From Stegostoma tigrinum (lineage: Eukaryota), in NCBI RefSeq assembly GCF_030684315.1, contig NC_081376.1:10017049-10081048 (forward strand): DNA of 64,000 nt. The letters run 5' to 3'. The first letter of the stretch is position 1; each line of letters starts with the position of its first letter. The translations under genes were made by a program, and so were the position numbers. The notes under the pieces were generated by a model that did not search any database, was not told the origin of the DNA, and saw only the letters and a program-made list of their open reading frames with translations. Below are positions 40,101 through 52,710 of this stretch, in pieces.

Positions 40101-43100
40101 AGAGAAAATGAAAGATTTCAGAAGGAAATTGAGAAGGCACTTGCAGGACATCAGGGATCAGGCAGGGACGCAGAACTGTCTGGGTTGCTCGACAGAGAGC
40201 TTGCATGGTCTCAACAGGCTGAAAGAGTTCCTGATGCTATAAAAACTCCACAATTCTGGCTTCTATCATTTCAAAGTTTTATTAGAAGTTTACTAACCTG
40301 AGTTTGGAAGCTCAAAACTGTTTAATCACATCAACCTTGTCCAATTTGAAAGAAATGACAGCTCTTTTATATTCTTAAATAATTTTCCCTGAATACATAT
40401 TGCACCCCCAATTAAGTGAAACTGACAATGCCATTGATACTCTTGAAATCAGCCACCAGGAGGCGCTCAGGATCAGGTTGGAGGACTGTGATTGTTTGGG
40501 TGATTCTTTAGGACACCTTCCTGTTTTCCTCACCCAACCCCCCTCCTCCAAGATTCACTCCCGAACCTGGCTCAGCCAGTTGGAAATCTACTTTCTGCAT
40601 GTGTTTCTGACTACATCATCATACACAAATCAGCTGTGTAAAATTAAAGAATCTAATCTGAACAAGGTGGGGAAGTCGCCAAGGTTCTCCATGATTACTA
40701 GAAGTTCTCTTGAATATTATTTTCTACAGAAAATGCTTTACAATCAACACAAAGGGTCAGAAATTACCTTCATGTCATGGAGAAGCTTCAGTCCGTCTCT
40801 CTCTTTTCTGCAGGCTATAGCCAGGTTACAGAAGGTGTGCAGGGTTGGTGATAAGCCTTGTTTGACAAGTACTGGCAGTAGTGCCTTAAGCAGAAGAAAT
40901 AAATAGCATTGTCAGTGGACTAGGTTCAGGGACGAACTTGCTCCATGTAGCTAACTTGTAAAAGTCTCACTGCTGAGTCAAACATCTCACTCCAGAGAGC
41001 TGAACACAAAGAATGACGAGGGGACGTGATGGCCTAGTGGAATTATCGCTGCACAGTTAATCCAGAGACCCAGATAATGTTCTGGGGACCTGGGTTCGAA
41101 TCCCGCCATGGCAGATGGTAGGATTTGAATTCAATAGGTATCTGGATTTAAGTGTCTAATATTGACCACGAACCCATTATTGATTGTTGGGGAAAAACCT
41201 ATCTGATTCACTAACGTCCTTTAGGGAAGGACCCACAGCAAAGTTGAGTCTAGGCAATTAGGGATGGGTGATAAATGCTGCCCAGCAACACCGTCATCCC
41301 ATTAATGAATAAAGAAAATAAATGTCACTCCCCTGCAGTAAAGGGGATTGCTGCACTGTAGGAGGTGCTGTCTTTTGATGAGACGTTCTGATTATTTGTT
41401 TTCTGATAAAAGATCCTGTTATGAATGGAAATGCAAAGGACTCATCTCAGTCAATACTTATCCCTTCGTCAACAGATATCAAAGATAATACTGTTCACGG
41501 CAACTTGCTGCACACAGACTGGTTGCCAGGTTCCCCACAGTAAAGTGGTGTCTACACTTCAACAACATAGCTGCGTTTTGGCTCTGCTGCACTTCAGGAT
41601 GTCCGGAGATTGTGAGAGATCGAAAGATGTTATAAAAACATTAGTCTTTCTTTCATTGCTCTGTTAGCAACCTACTGGAAACTGAGAGAGACTAATGTTA
41701 CTGGGTTAAGTGAAGCTGCGCACTGGGATCTGGATTTGCACAAGGCCAGCCTGACCCTGCTTCCTCTAACAGTCTTGGGTGAAATGGATTTTGACCATTT
41801 TCAATTCTGTTTCAGGCAGGAACCACTCCACAACATAGAACTGTGCCCACTTCTGTGTTAATTGGGATTTTAAATTTGGATCCAGGAATGGCTACGGGCA
41901 TGAACAAAGAGTGTATGTAGTACAGGCTGCTCCTCCAAGATGGGGCAAACATGTACTGGGTGGATAGAGCAGAGGGAGTTGGACTGTGTCCATAACAAAA
42001 TGTAACTCCCCTGGAGATGTTTGATGATGAAACTGCCACTCCCTCATTTGATATACTTAGCATTTGGGATTATGTTTGGCATGGGCTGGTTGGACCAAAG
42101 GGTCTGTTTTCGTGCTAATGACTCTATGGCACAAAATTGAGTACTTCATCCAGGTTTGTGTATTACTGAAGGTGGTGAAAGCCAGAGCCACACGTTATAA
42201 CGTGTTTTCAAAACAGTACAAATAGGAAGATCCCACAGCAAATATCAATAACCCAGTGGATCAGTGAGTCAGTGAATGTTGGTGCCAGGATCTTAAGTTT
42301 AGTTTCTGTAAATCAGATTAACCTTACCCCATAATCTTTAAAGGAATGAGTTACTCCAGATTTGTGGACAATCTCCCGTTTCTCCAAACTGCTTTCACTT
42401 TTCTACCTCTTAGAATTTAAAAAAAAATCGCAAGGCTGTACAACATAATGCAGCTAATCGTCTCTAAAAATAAATAGGTCATACAATAATTTCCAGAAGA
42501 GGATTTCAATGGACCCAAAAAACAGCCCTCTGGGCAGGGCTAATCTACTGTCTCACTGACGTTCAGATTCCACAGAGCTTTCTGTCTGCAGTGAAAGGAG
42601 CATATGGTGATATGCATTATTTACTGAAACACCCAGATACGCTTTTCTGATTCAATCATTTATGAGAGAAACTAGGAGTTACTGGAATTTCCCTCCATGT
42701 TTTAGAGTCATACAGCACGGACACAGACGCTTTGGTCCAACTCATCTGGGCCAACCAGACATCCCAATCTGACCTAGTCCCATTTGCCAGCATTTGGCCC
42801 AAATCCCTCTAAACCCTTCCTATTCATGTACCCATCCAGATGCCTTTTAAATGTTGTGATTGTACCAGTCCTCATCACTTCCTCTGGCAGCTCATTCCAT
42901 ACAGACACCACCCTCTGAATGAAAAAGTTACTCCTCAGGTCCTTTTGAAATCTTTCCCCTCTCACCTTAAACCTATGCCACATAGTTTTGGACTCCCCTA
43001 CCCTGGGAAAAAGACCTTCACTATTCACCCTCTCCATGCCCTTCATGATTTTATAAACCTCCATAAAGTCACCCCTCAGCCTCCAACGCTCCAGAGATAA

Positions 43101-46100
43101 TAGCCCCAGCCTATTCAGCCTCTCCCTATAGCTCAAACCCTCCAAACCTGGAAATGGCCTTGTAAATCTTTTCTGAACCCTTTCAAGTTTAACACCACCT
43201 TTCCTACAGAAGGGTGACCAGAACTGTAAGCAGTAATCTAAAAGTGGCCTTACTAATCATTGCATTAAAATCTGACAGTGTGTATGAAAATTCGATGAAA
43301 CGTCACTTGCCTTTTTTTTAATGCAGAGAACGTAAAATATAGACAGTCTGATCAAGTGAGGCATTGGACACTGTCACTTACCTTAGCTCCTTCCAGGTCA
43401 CCCAGCTTGCTCTTTTTTCGAATGAAGGTGTTAAAAAATGAAATGTCTGGCCTCACACCTTGCTCTTCCATGAGGGCTAGCAAGGAGGTCTCAGATTGGC
43501 TGTTTGGTTCCACCACTTCAGCCAAAAGTGTGAAGGTTTTAATGTCTGGAGACACACTATCTTTCTTCATCTTATTTAGAAAACCACTCAGATAGCCAAT
43601 CAGTGCCAGTCTGTCAGGTGGTGTAGTTACCGCTCCTAAGGAAACGATATTCTTCTTGTCGACCTGAACATCGAGTAGGTTAGGTAGATGCGCAGTTTCA
43701 GGAAGCTCGCTGGAGTCTGAATCAATTGGAAGTATTTGGTTTCTGGGAACTAGTTCCACAGAGTGCACTCCTTGTGACACTAGCTCTTTCTCTTGCCCGT
43801 CACTGGACAGTAGATTTTGTGTTTCCATCAGTTTTGGTAAAGTTTCGTCACTGAGCTCAGCCTTTGGTTCAGAGACTCTAGAGCTGGCTGGTTGGTCAGA
43901 AGCCAGTCCAAACAGCTGCTCTTCCAATAAACCAACCACCGGAGTCATTGTGTTTTTGCTGCTTCTCGCCTCCTTTCGGCCTTTGACTCTCCGAACTCTT
44001 TGATGCTGGTTCAGCTGCCAAACTTCACCCTCGTCGGCCAACAGCAATCGTGAGGCCATCACTGGGTCCCCAAGACCACAGTCCCTCGTGGCTCGCAGCA
44101 GCAAGTTGTAGCTCTTGACATCGGGCTTCATGCCCAGTTTCAACATCTCTCGCCAAATCTGCAAGGAAGGCAGAGAGAAAGAAAATCAATTCAACATTTA
44201 AAGAGATTCTCTGAACATGTGACGTCCACAATATCTAAAATCATCAACCTAACTAATAACAGAGAACAGAGTAGAAATGCAGCAAAATCTTTGTGTTTTT
44301 TTTAAGGTGAGGAGGAAATGTATAAAAGGGACCTAAAGGGCAAATTCTTCGCACAGAGGGTGGTGCGCGTATGGAATGAGCTGCCAGAGAAAGTGGTGCA
44401 GTCTGGTACAATTACAACATTTAAAAGGCATGTGGATGGACAAATCAATAGGAACGATTTAGAGGGGTATGGGCCAAATGCTGGCAAATGAGATTAGATT
44501 AATTTAGGATATCTGTTCAGCACGGATGAGTTAGGCTGAAGGATCTGTTTCTATGCTGTACGTCTCAAAGACTCTTAAGTAACCGATCCTCGCGGAGGTA
44601 ATGGATGAGTGTTGTGGGTGGATTTATAATCCAGAGGTTCAAGTCATGTTCAGGGGACGTGGATTCACATTCCGCCACAGCTGACAGTGAAATTTGAATT
44701 CAGTAAAAATCTGGAATTTTAAAGTCTAATAATGAAACCATTGTTGATGGCCACAAAAAAAATCTAGTAACTCACACCTTTTCAGGAAGGAAATTGCTGT
44801 CCTATCTAGTCTGGCCTACATATGACTCCAGACCCAAAGCAATGTTGTTGTCTCTTAACCACCTTCTGAGCAATTAGGTTTTGGCTGTAAGTGGTGCCCA
44901 GCAGCAATACCTACATTCGATGAACGAACAAACAAACAAAAAAAATGTGCTGAGTTACATGATTGACCCACTAAGCAAAGTTTCACCCTCAGTGTTTCAG
45001 AAGTTATGACTGGTTTTGGTTTCACCTGTGACAGTGTGGTAATGCCAAGAGTGTGAAGAATGGAAATCCACCCCAATTTGAACATACATTCCAGCGTGAC
45101 ATTTCAGTTTTGTGCTGCAGGATCACAGAACTATTGTAGCTGCTCTGTTTCACGGCAACAGTAATAATGCTCTTTCTCCCTTCTACTGTTGGCTTAAGAT
45201 GATCCCTTGGCATTATTTCAAGAGCAGAGGTTCTTCCAGTATTCCTGATTCGCAGGAAACCTTCCACCAGAACAGACAATCTGCTCTGGGGAGCCTTGCT
45301 GATTGTAAATTGCCTGATGTAATTACAAGTAAACTTTTTTTCTGGAAAAGCTGATGAAAGCAGAGTCCTTTAATATTGTTAACACAGTGGCAGGTAGATT
45401 CTGATTAAGCGGGGGCTTAAAGATTAGTGGGGTAGGATTTGAGCTTACAATCAGATCAGGCTTGAAAGGCAGAACAGGTTCAAAGGGCTGAATGGCCTAT
45501 CCTCCTCCTGGTTCATAGGTTCATATGCATTTAGAATATCAACCTATCCTCAAAAGTATCTAATTGACTGTAGAGCACTTTCAGGGTCCCGGTTGTGCAA
45601 GTTACCGCGTCATTTCAATTATTTCTTTTAATTGTTCCTCCTACATGCTACGTTTTATCTAGCTCTGACATCTTCTCTGCCATCTGAAAATCCTGGTCTT
45701 TTTCCGTTAGTACTCATTCCGGGAAACATGCTCATACTTTGGCTCCCTACGTTCTCTAACCTTTTGAGGAGTCTACACAGCACATTAAGTACAGTCGCCG
45801 TTACTTCACACAAGTTAGCTTTTGAAAACAAGAAAAAAATACAAGATGAGAAAAGTATCCTTAAAGAGCACCTCAATACAAGAAGGTGAGCAGAGGTCTG
45901 TGACAGCCCATTGCTACATGCTGACTCACCAGCTCAGTATATCGCTGTGCAATAGGAAGGAAATGTCAATATATCATCGATCATTATATTATCTGGAGAG
46001 ATTACAACTCAGCTCCCCACAAAGACAATTGTCAGTAAGCTCTGCCCTCCTCCTTATAAAATGCTATGCTCTGACTCTTCTGAGTTCAGTGAGAGAGAGG

Positions 46101-49100
46101 GAACCCAGATGTGGAGGAGAGGAAATCAGAGTAAACATTGTCTCTGGTGGCTACCCAGTTGTCCAGGAAACGTGAAGGATGTGGGGTGGGAGAGAACATA
46201 GAGGAAATGACACTTTGATTACCTGTAGCAAATATCTAAAACCATTTTCCGTGTCCTTGATGCAACCAATCATTAAAGTGCTGAATGTTTCCACGTTCAG
46301 CTTATGACCACTATGAACTATTTCCTGAAAAATAAAGAGAAGAGGCAGCTTTTGTAAGAAAGGCAACAACTCTGTGAGATCTGTTACTAACCCAGTTTTA
46401 TGTACTGTTCTTTCTCATTTCAATACTCTGTCCTGATATCACTCGACTGAAGCTTCATGATACTCTTTCCATGGCTCTGATTCCTAACTGCATGCCATTC
46501 GCAGCCAAACCGATACCTTGTGCAACTTAATATCACCTATTTTCTACCTTATTCCTATGCATGTGGTGGGGGGGGGGGGGTGGGTGGTTGGAATGACATT
46601 CCTCCTCAACCTGTCCCCTCACCTGTGGTGTGGAGACCCTCAAGTTAATCCACTACCAGTCACAAGCTTGTACAGTATGGAAACAGACGCTTTGGTCCAA
46701 CTTGTCCATGTCAACCAAATATCTTAAATTAATCTTGTCCTATTTGACAGCATTTGGCCCATATCCCTCTAAATCCTTCCTATTCATGTAGCTATCTGAA
46801 TGCCGTTTAAATGTTGTAATTGTACCAGCCTCCACCACTTGCTCTGACAGCTGATTCCATACATGCACCGTATGCTGCATGAGAAAGTTGTCTCTTGGAT
46901 CCCTTTTAAATCTTTCCCCTCTTATCTGAAACTTAGGCCCTTTCGTTTTGGACTCCCCCACCCTGAGGGAAAGACCTTGGCCATTTATCCTATCCATGCC
47001 CATCATGATTTTACAAACCTTTGTAAGGTCACACACACACACAAACATGCCAGTCTCTCTTAAGGGAGCAACCCTATGGCCTGGTATGGCTCTAGCGACT
47101 TTACCTTTATTCTTACTTATGTCCTCTCACACCTGCTCCACCAGTCCAAAACATCATTGCTAATCTGACTGTGGTCTATCTCCACTTTCTTCTCTGTCCC
47201 CCATAACTCATGACATCACTGGAGATCAGATATCATTATAATTAAGCCTTGAATGTATTAAATGTATTAAACCCCCACCATTTCTAACTGGGAAAGAGAA
47301 TGCCAAAGATAAAACACACTCCGAGAGCAGAAGTTTCAGCTCTCTGTCTTTAATGGCAAATCCCTTATCCTAAATTCTAAACGCCCCACTAGACAGATTT
47401 ACCCTGTCAATCCCCTCAAGATTTTATATCACAAGTCAGAAATCTGTGGATTCTAGAAAAATCTAAACTGAGAGAGTGGAAGCTGGAGAAACAAACTCAG
47501 CAGGTTCGGTAACATCTCTATAGAGGCTAAGAGTGTAACACACTGTGGGGATGTGATGGTCTAGTGGCATTATTACTGCGCTGTTAGATAATGTTTGAAT
47601 CCTGCTCCAGCAGTTGATGGAATCTGAATTGAATTCAATAAAAATAAACCTGGAATTAAGAGTCTAATGATGACCGTGAATACATTTTCAATTGTCAGGA
47701 AAAACCCCACCTGGTTCACTTATGTCCTTTAGGAAAGGAAACTGCCATCCTTACCTGGTCCGGCCTACATGTGATTTCAGACCCACAGCAATGTGGTTGA
47801 CTCTTAAATGCCCTCTGGGCAATTAGGGATGGGCACTAAATGCTGGCCCAGCCATTGACACCCTCATCCCGTGAATGAATTTAAAAAAATGTCTATATTG
47901 GTTGCTTCCACTGAGCTGTCTTGTCCAGGCCAGTGAGCAGACAACGTGCAGGATCTCAGCGTACAGAGATCAGGAGAATCCAGCAGATCCCGAAGCCCCT
48001 CAAGTGTCAGCTCCCCATGCAAGTACTTACTCGAAGTACATCAAAACAGGCCTTTAGATCCGAGCAGACAGCGAATGCCTTCAACATGGCATGGTATGCA
48101 ATCAGGTTAAGGTGGATATTCTTGCTGGTTAACTCTTCCCGGAGCTTTGTAGCAAACTGCAGACCAGACTCCTTCCATGGTGTTTCTGCACAAGCATTGA
48201 ACAGAGCAGTGTAGGTGGCTTCAGAAGGAGTCACAGCTCTCTTCTTCATCTGCAATGAGAAGAACGTGATTCATTATTTTTTTAACAATGACTGGCACTT
48301 TTAATCCTGCTGCTAAAAAATGTCCAAGGTCTTTCGCAGCAGCACAACCAAACAAACACGAAGAGATTGTTCTAGAATTCTAAAACTGAGTAGTTTGCGT
48401 GATAGCACATGGTGTCAAGGCCACTTTTTCACAAGAGCCTCATGTAATGGAGGATTCTCCACCAACTATTTGGCAGTTTAAGAACAGCTCTGTCCAAACC
48501 ACTGGGTGTGGAAAAATTCCACCAAAGCACTTCTTTTTAAATTCAGAGAACATAGAATGTTCATGGGATTTGGCTAGGCCACCATTTACTGCCCTTCCCG
48601 AATGGCCCTGAGGGTAGTTTAAGAATCAACCACATTGTTGTGGATCTGGAGTCACATGTAGGTAAAGATGGTAATTTCCTTCCCTGAAGGACATTGGTAA
48701 ACCAGATGGGTTCTTCCAATAAGCGACAATGGTCATCATTAGACTCTTATTTCCAGATTTTTTAAAAATTAAATTCAAATTCCACCATCTGCCGTGGCAG
48801 CATTCCAACCTGGGTCTCCAGGACATTAGCAGGGTCTCAGGATTAATAGTCCAGTAATAATACCACTAGGTCATGGTAAATAAGCGTGAATAGGATGAAG
48901 TAACCTGAGCATCAGGCGGCTGTCTTGCCTGTGCTCAGACTCACAGGCCACAGTCTGATCTGGAATCAAATCCCCTTCTCACCCAGAAATGGATTTCACA
49001 AATCCCTGATCGGAAAAGCAACATACAGTCTCCAGTACTCACGTCATTGTAGAGCTGAAAGGCTTTTTTCAAGTAGCCCACTCGTCCACAGCCCCCTATT

Positions 49101-51941
49101 AGCACTGTGTAATTATACTCCTCTGGGATCAGCCGCTCCTCTTTCACCATTTGAGTCTCAAACATGTGCAGCGCCTCAGCTAACTAGAAAGAAAAATGCC
49201 ACTGGTGTGAGAAAGACACAAGGAGTAAGTGTTGGAACAATCATCAACGTGCTAACCATGAAAACGATTCAGCATTCAATCCAACACCTCAGCAATAGTA
49301 ACTATACAGGCCCATTGGCTGAGGAGATTCTGATAATGTGTAAATTATTAGACTCATCCCCACATTCTGATTACTGTGTGCAATTCTGGTCACAAGACTA
49401 GGGTAGTTCTCTGCTTGAAAGGGCATAATATAGCCCAATAAGGATGGCACCATATCTTGGGAGTATTGTTGATAAGAAAATATGGCAGAAATTGGATGTG
49501 CTCAGGGATAGAATGTACACTGAGCTGATCAAACAGCAGTGTTCAATCAGAGAGCGGACTGGCAGAATTGACCTGGATTAACTGTTCAAACTTGTAAAAC
49601 AAAATGAAAAGGAAGTTTAAACCAAACACTTCAAACACAAGGATAATGAGCTTTTGGACCAAAGTATTTGGGGAATCCAATGAAGCACACAGTGTAACGA
49701 ATAAACCACCGGATAAGAAGGGATATAGGGATGCGGTTGGTAAGTGGGGTGGGAGTGATGACTATGTTAAACTGCATCAGTGCATTTCTATTCCTAAATG
49801 TTATACACGAGTCATAAATCCTACATCTGCAAAGTAGTTTTAATTCCAGTATTTCTGGTTTCCTTAATTCGCAATTTGGAGAGCTCAAGTTCTCTCTCTA
49901 GGCTGAACCAGACACTGTACAGTGGCTGATAATCCTATACCTGTTTGGGGGTTCAGTGCTGAATGTTTATTTTACTCAGTGCTGCAGATTGCAAAACCCC
50001 ACGTTCTGAAAGGATTGACCTTTGCTGAAGGCCCACCACTATTCCAATGACAGTGGAGTCTGCAATAACCTGTTCGCCCACATAGCCTCCAACTAATCAG
50101 AATCCAATCCATTCATTACACTCCTGGCACATATTCAACTAGAATTCTTAAAAAAAAATCAAAGGTTCCTCTAATTTATGGAACTGTCCCTTAAAGAAAA
50201 ATCAACCAAAGCTTCCTTCTGATCTCACTTTATGGTCTTATTTCCTTGGTCAATATCACATACGCACATTAATTTGGGCGAATATCAATAGTCTTTATTG
50301 GGAGTCACAAATGATTTTCTTATCAGTACAGAACGATCCAAAGTGGTTGTGCTGTTGAGAATGCAAAACTGAGATGTCTTTTGCAGGAGGGGAGTGGACA
50401 GTTTAGAGAAAATTAGCTAGACTCGAGGCAGTGCTGATGAAAGAGTGTAAAAGGGTCTGTTCCAGTCACTATTAAGCACACTCTGTTCTGTGTAAACCAG
50501 AGCCTGCAATTGACTGAAACAGATTGTTCCCTCTTGTTTCATATTTGCTTTTGGTCCCACACTTTGGGAAGGATCACAGAATCCCTACAGTGTGGAAACA
50601 CACCATTTGGCTCATCGAGTCAGCATCCAAACAGCATCCCACCCATATCCACTGCCCTCCCCTCAACTCTATCCCTGTAACCCTGCATTTCCAATGGCCA
50701 ATCCACGCTAATCTTCACATCTTTGGACTGTGGGAGAAAACTGGAGCACCCAGAGGAAACCCACGCAGACACAGGAAGAATATATAAACTCCACACAGAC
50801 AGTTGAGAGTGGAACCGAACCTAGGTCCCTGGTACTGTAAGACAGCAGTGTTATCCACTGAGCCACTATGTCACCCCAAGGATGTGAGGGTCCTTGTCGT
50901 TGAGAGAACGCAGAAATAAAGTACAACAATGGTCCCAGAAATTATGAATTTTAGATTCAAGATTAAGTTAGAAAAGATGAGATTGTTCTTCTTGGGGAGA
51001 AAAAACAGCTTGGGGAGAGTTTTGGGAGGAATGATGACATTATGTTGAATAGGTACACTGACGGAAAATGCTGTTGCCACTAGCTGATCATGCAAAGTCA
51101 AAGAGAAAACATAAATGAAGTTTTGGACAAGAGGTTTTTGGGGTGAGAAGGGGGGGGGGCGGTGGTGAGAAAGTTTTTTGTTTACACAGGGAGTGGTGCT
51201 GACCTAGCACACACTGTTGAAAAGAGTGGTGGACGCACAGCTGATTGATGATTTCAGAAAGGAATCGGACAAGCACTTAAGGGAAATAATCCTACAGAGC
51301 TATGGGGGGATGCAGTGGGACTGACTGTATTGCTTTAGACCTGGCATAGATCAGATGGGCTAAATGATCCCCTTCTGTGCTGTAAAGCTTTACATTTTCT
51401 AAGACCGTTTAACTAAGCTCCAGACCTTATCTTCCTTGATGAGTTTCTTGCACTGCAGAAAGTACCAGTACGTCGTGTTCTTTCGCCGTGGCTTGCGTCT
51501 CACTTCAAGGCGTTCAGTTTCCTCCTCATCCTGATCCTCGGTGTCACGGTGTCTGGAATCCTGCAGCTCTGGAGAGCTTTTGCGGAAAAATCTCCTGGAA
51601 GAGTAGATTCTGCCCTTCCCTCCAAATCCTTCCAAGTCAGTTTCACTCCCAGGTGAGGGAACTGATGAGCCCTGGCCGGGTGAGGCTGGAATCTGCCCGT
51701 CTTCTGTGTCGCAGCTCTGGCCATCGCTGACCATCCTGGGCAAACCTGTCCATCCATGATTCCAGAATAGCAAATTCCTGGGGTGAGTCACATTTCGAGG
51801 AGACACAGCTCTCACAGGGCTACTCCTCATAAAAGCGCTCAAACGTCTGAATGGGGCCAGGTGTGAGCACAGGGAAGAGCAAAATCTCATGGCAAGGTAT
51901 GGCCGGGAATGCTGAAGGGGTAAAAACCAAGGCCAGGCCAT
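34042..51941 (-). CDS. PTCD1: Pentatricopeptide repeat-containing protein 1, mitochondrial; complete, 732 aa, 8 coding exons
   Basis: 516+141+219+102+777+117+183+144=2199 nt, all GT-AG and in frame; PPR motifs ([48 protein letters not shown]); Arg/Ser-rich presequence; lies between BUD31 and CPSF4 as in other vertebrates. Confidence 0.96.
34283..36500 (-). mobile_element. CR1 LINE, 2.2-kb 3' portion with RT, in the last PTCD1 intron
   Basis: [75 protein letters not shown]; frameshifted. Confidence 0.95.
37462..37644 (-). CDS. PTCD1: PTCD1 coding exon 7
   Basis: attatttcag| [16 protein letters not shown]...YPPKFDK |gtacat, 183 nt. Confidence 0.95.
38268..38420 (+). mobile_element. tRNA-derived SINE-type head directly upstream of a LINE body
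   Basis: A box tgacctagtgg, B box ggttcaaatcc, then ggtggaatttgaattca and cagcaatatggttgactctc as in the SINEs at 41018 and 47545. Confidence 0.65.
38470..40080 (+). mobile_element. Decayed LINE: APE endonuclease plus ORF2 C-terminus, RT core deleted
   Basis: [48 protein letters not shown]; later [38 protein letters not shown]. Confidence 0.8.
40768..40884 (-). CDS. PTCD1: PTCD1 coding exon 6 (not in the ORF track)
   Basis: ttcttctgcttaag| [39 protein letters not shown] |gtaatt, 117 nt. Confidence 0.93.
40935..41655 (+). mobile_element. Deu-type (SacSINE1-like) SINE interrupted by a nested SINE
   Basis: cactccagagagctgaacac | insertion | tgctgcactgtaggaggtgctgtcttttgatgagacgtt..taaaagatcc, matching my recollection of the Deu core; (CTTT)n end. 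Confidence 0.6.
41018..41320 (+). mobile_element. tRNA-derived SINE (family B in this window), full length
   Basis: A box TGGCCTAGTGG 41030-41040, B box GGTTCGAATCC 41093-41103, tail ggcaattagggatggg..aatgaataaa. Confidence 0.85.
42705..43255 (-). mobile_element. CR1 LINE 3' fragment
   Basis: ORF 42774-43145 [31 protein letters not shown]. Confidence 0.9.
43382..44158 (-). CDS. PTCD1: PTCD1 coding exon 5
   Basis: ccttccttgcag| [21 protein letters not shown]...[10 protein letters not shown] |gtaagt, 777 nt. Confidence 0.96.
44303..44575 (+). mobile_element. CR1 LINE 3' fragment
   Basis: tttaaggtgaggagg..tggaatgagctgccagag..gggccaaatgctggcaaatg and tail; same family as 42705-43255, opposite strand. 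Confidence 0.88.
44590..44945 (+). mobile_element. tRNA-derived SINE family B (decayed)
   Basis: aatccagagg..gaaatttgaattc..tctggcctacatatgactccagaccc..agcaattagg. Confidence 0.7.
46223..46324 (-). CDS. PTCD1: PTCD1 coding exon 4
   Basis: tttatttttcag| [34 protein letters not shown] |gtaatc, 102 nt. Confidence 0.94.
46670..47030 (-). mobile_element. CR1 LINE 3' fragment
   Basis: ORF 46740-47048 [39 protein letters not shown]. Confidence 0.88.
47545..47890 (+). mobile_element. tRNA-derived SINE family B
   Basis: gggatgtgatggtctagtgg head; gccctctgggcaattagggatgggc..gaatgaatttaaaaaa tail. Confidence 0.85.
48031..48249 (-). CDS. PTCD1: PTCD1 coding exon 3
   Basis: ttctcattgcag| [25 protein letters not shown]...CFDVLR |gtaagt, 219 nt. 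Confidence 0.96.
48530..48876 (-). mobile_element. tRNA-derived SINE family B
   Basis: Reverse complement of 47545-47890 (ccactaggtca head, aaccacattg..ctggagtcacatgtagg body). Confidence 0.85.
49043..49183 (-). CDS. PTCD1: PTCD1 coding exon 2
   Basis: tttttctttctag| [47 protein letters not shown] |gtgagt, 141 nt. Confidence 0.96.
50572..50877 (-). mobile_element. HE1-type SINE
   Basis: Minus-strand tggctcagtgg A box, ggttcggttcc B box; body similar to 13368-13666. Confidence 0.85.
51426..51941 (-). CDS. PTCD1: PTCD1 coding exon 1 (mitochondrial presequence)
   Basis: aacATGG start; ..[31 protein letters not shown] |gtctgg; upstream acceptor at about 51991 implies a separate 5' non-coding exon. 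Confidence 0.92.
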
Positions 51942-52479
51942 GTTTTACAAAGTCTTTCTAGCTTCCCTCAAGGTTCTGCAGAACGGAGTGCTAAGTTTAA
52001 AAAGAAAATCTGTGTTAGACACGAACTTTTACACAAGATTAATAAAATTGAATTCACCGTGTGAAGGCTGCTTGTAATCATAGATGTTGAGGTGCAGCGT
52101 GAAAAATCAGGGATAACATAATCAAACATTTTGGTAACACAGATCACAGCAGCAGAGATCAACGAATACACAAGTTAAAGCTGAAAATACTCATGCAGCA
52201 TCTGTGAAGTGCAAAACACAGAGGTGATATTTCCCCCTGTATATACAAATATCTTTATAGCAATATTTTAAAAATGGAGATGATCTCTGCCAGGAGACAC
52301 CTCTCTGTAACTTCAGCATGATGAGGATTATGGAGATGAGGTGCCTTTTGCCCTTTTTGCTGCACTGATTTCGGTTTTAAAAGTTTTGCTTCAGGGCTGA
52401 TAAGCTTTCTTATGCCACATTCCTGACCCAGAGCAGCCCTCCCTCTGCTAAATTCTTCACGCTTCCTTCCTCCTCTGGC

Positions 52480-52710
52480 TGCTCTGATTTCCTCCCATAG
52501 TCCAAAGATGTTCAGGTTGGGTGGACTGGCCATGCTAAATTGCCCACAGTGTCCAGGGATATGCAAGTTAGGTGGCTTAATTCATGGGGTAATACCCCAC
52601 GCTGGGTTACAGCGATGGGATGGGTCTGGGTGGGATGCTCTTCCAAGAGGTGGTGCAGACTCGATGGGCCAAATGGCCTCTTTCAGCATGCTAGGCATTC
52701 TATGGTCCTA
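52480..52710 (+). mobile_element. HE1-type SINE, 5'-truncated
   Basis: tttcctcccatagtccaaagatg..ggccatgctaaattgccc..gatgggccaaatggcct. Confidence 0.8.

Noticed and set aside
39600-40301. 233-aa ORF inside a PTCD1 intron
   Set aside because: Chimera of LINE ORF2 remnant and a CR1 tail, not a host gene
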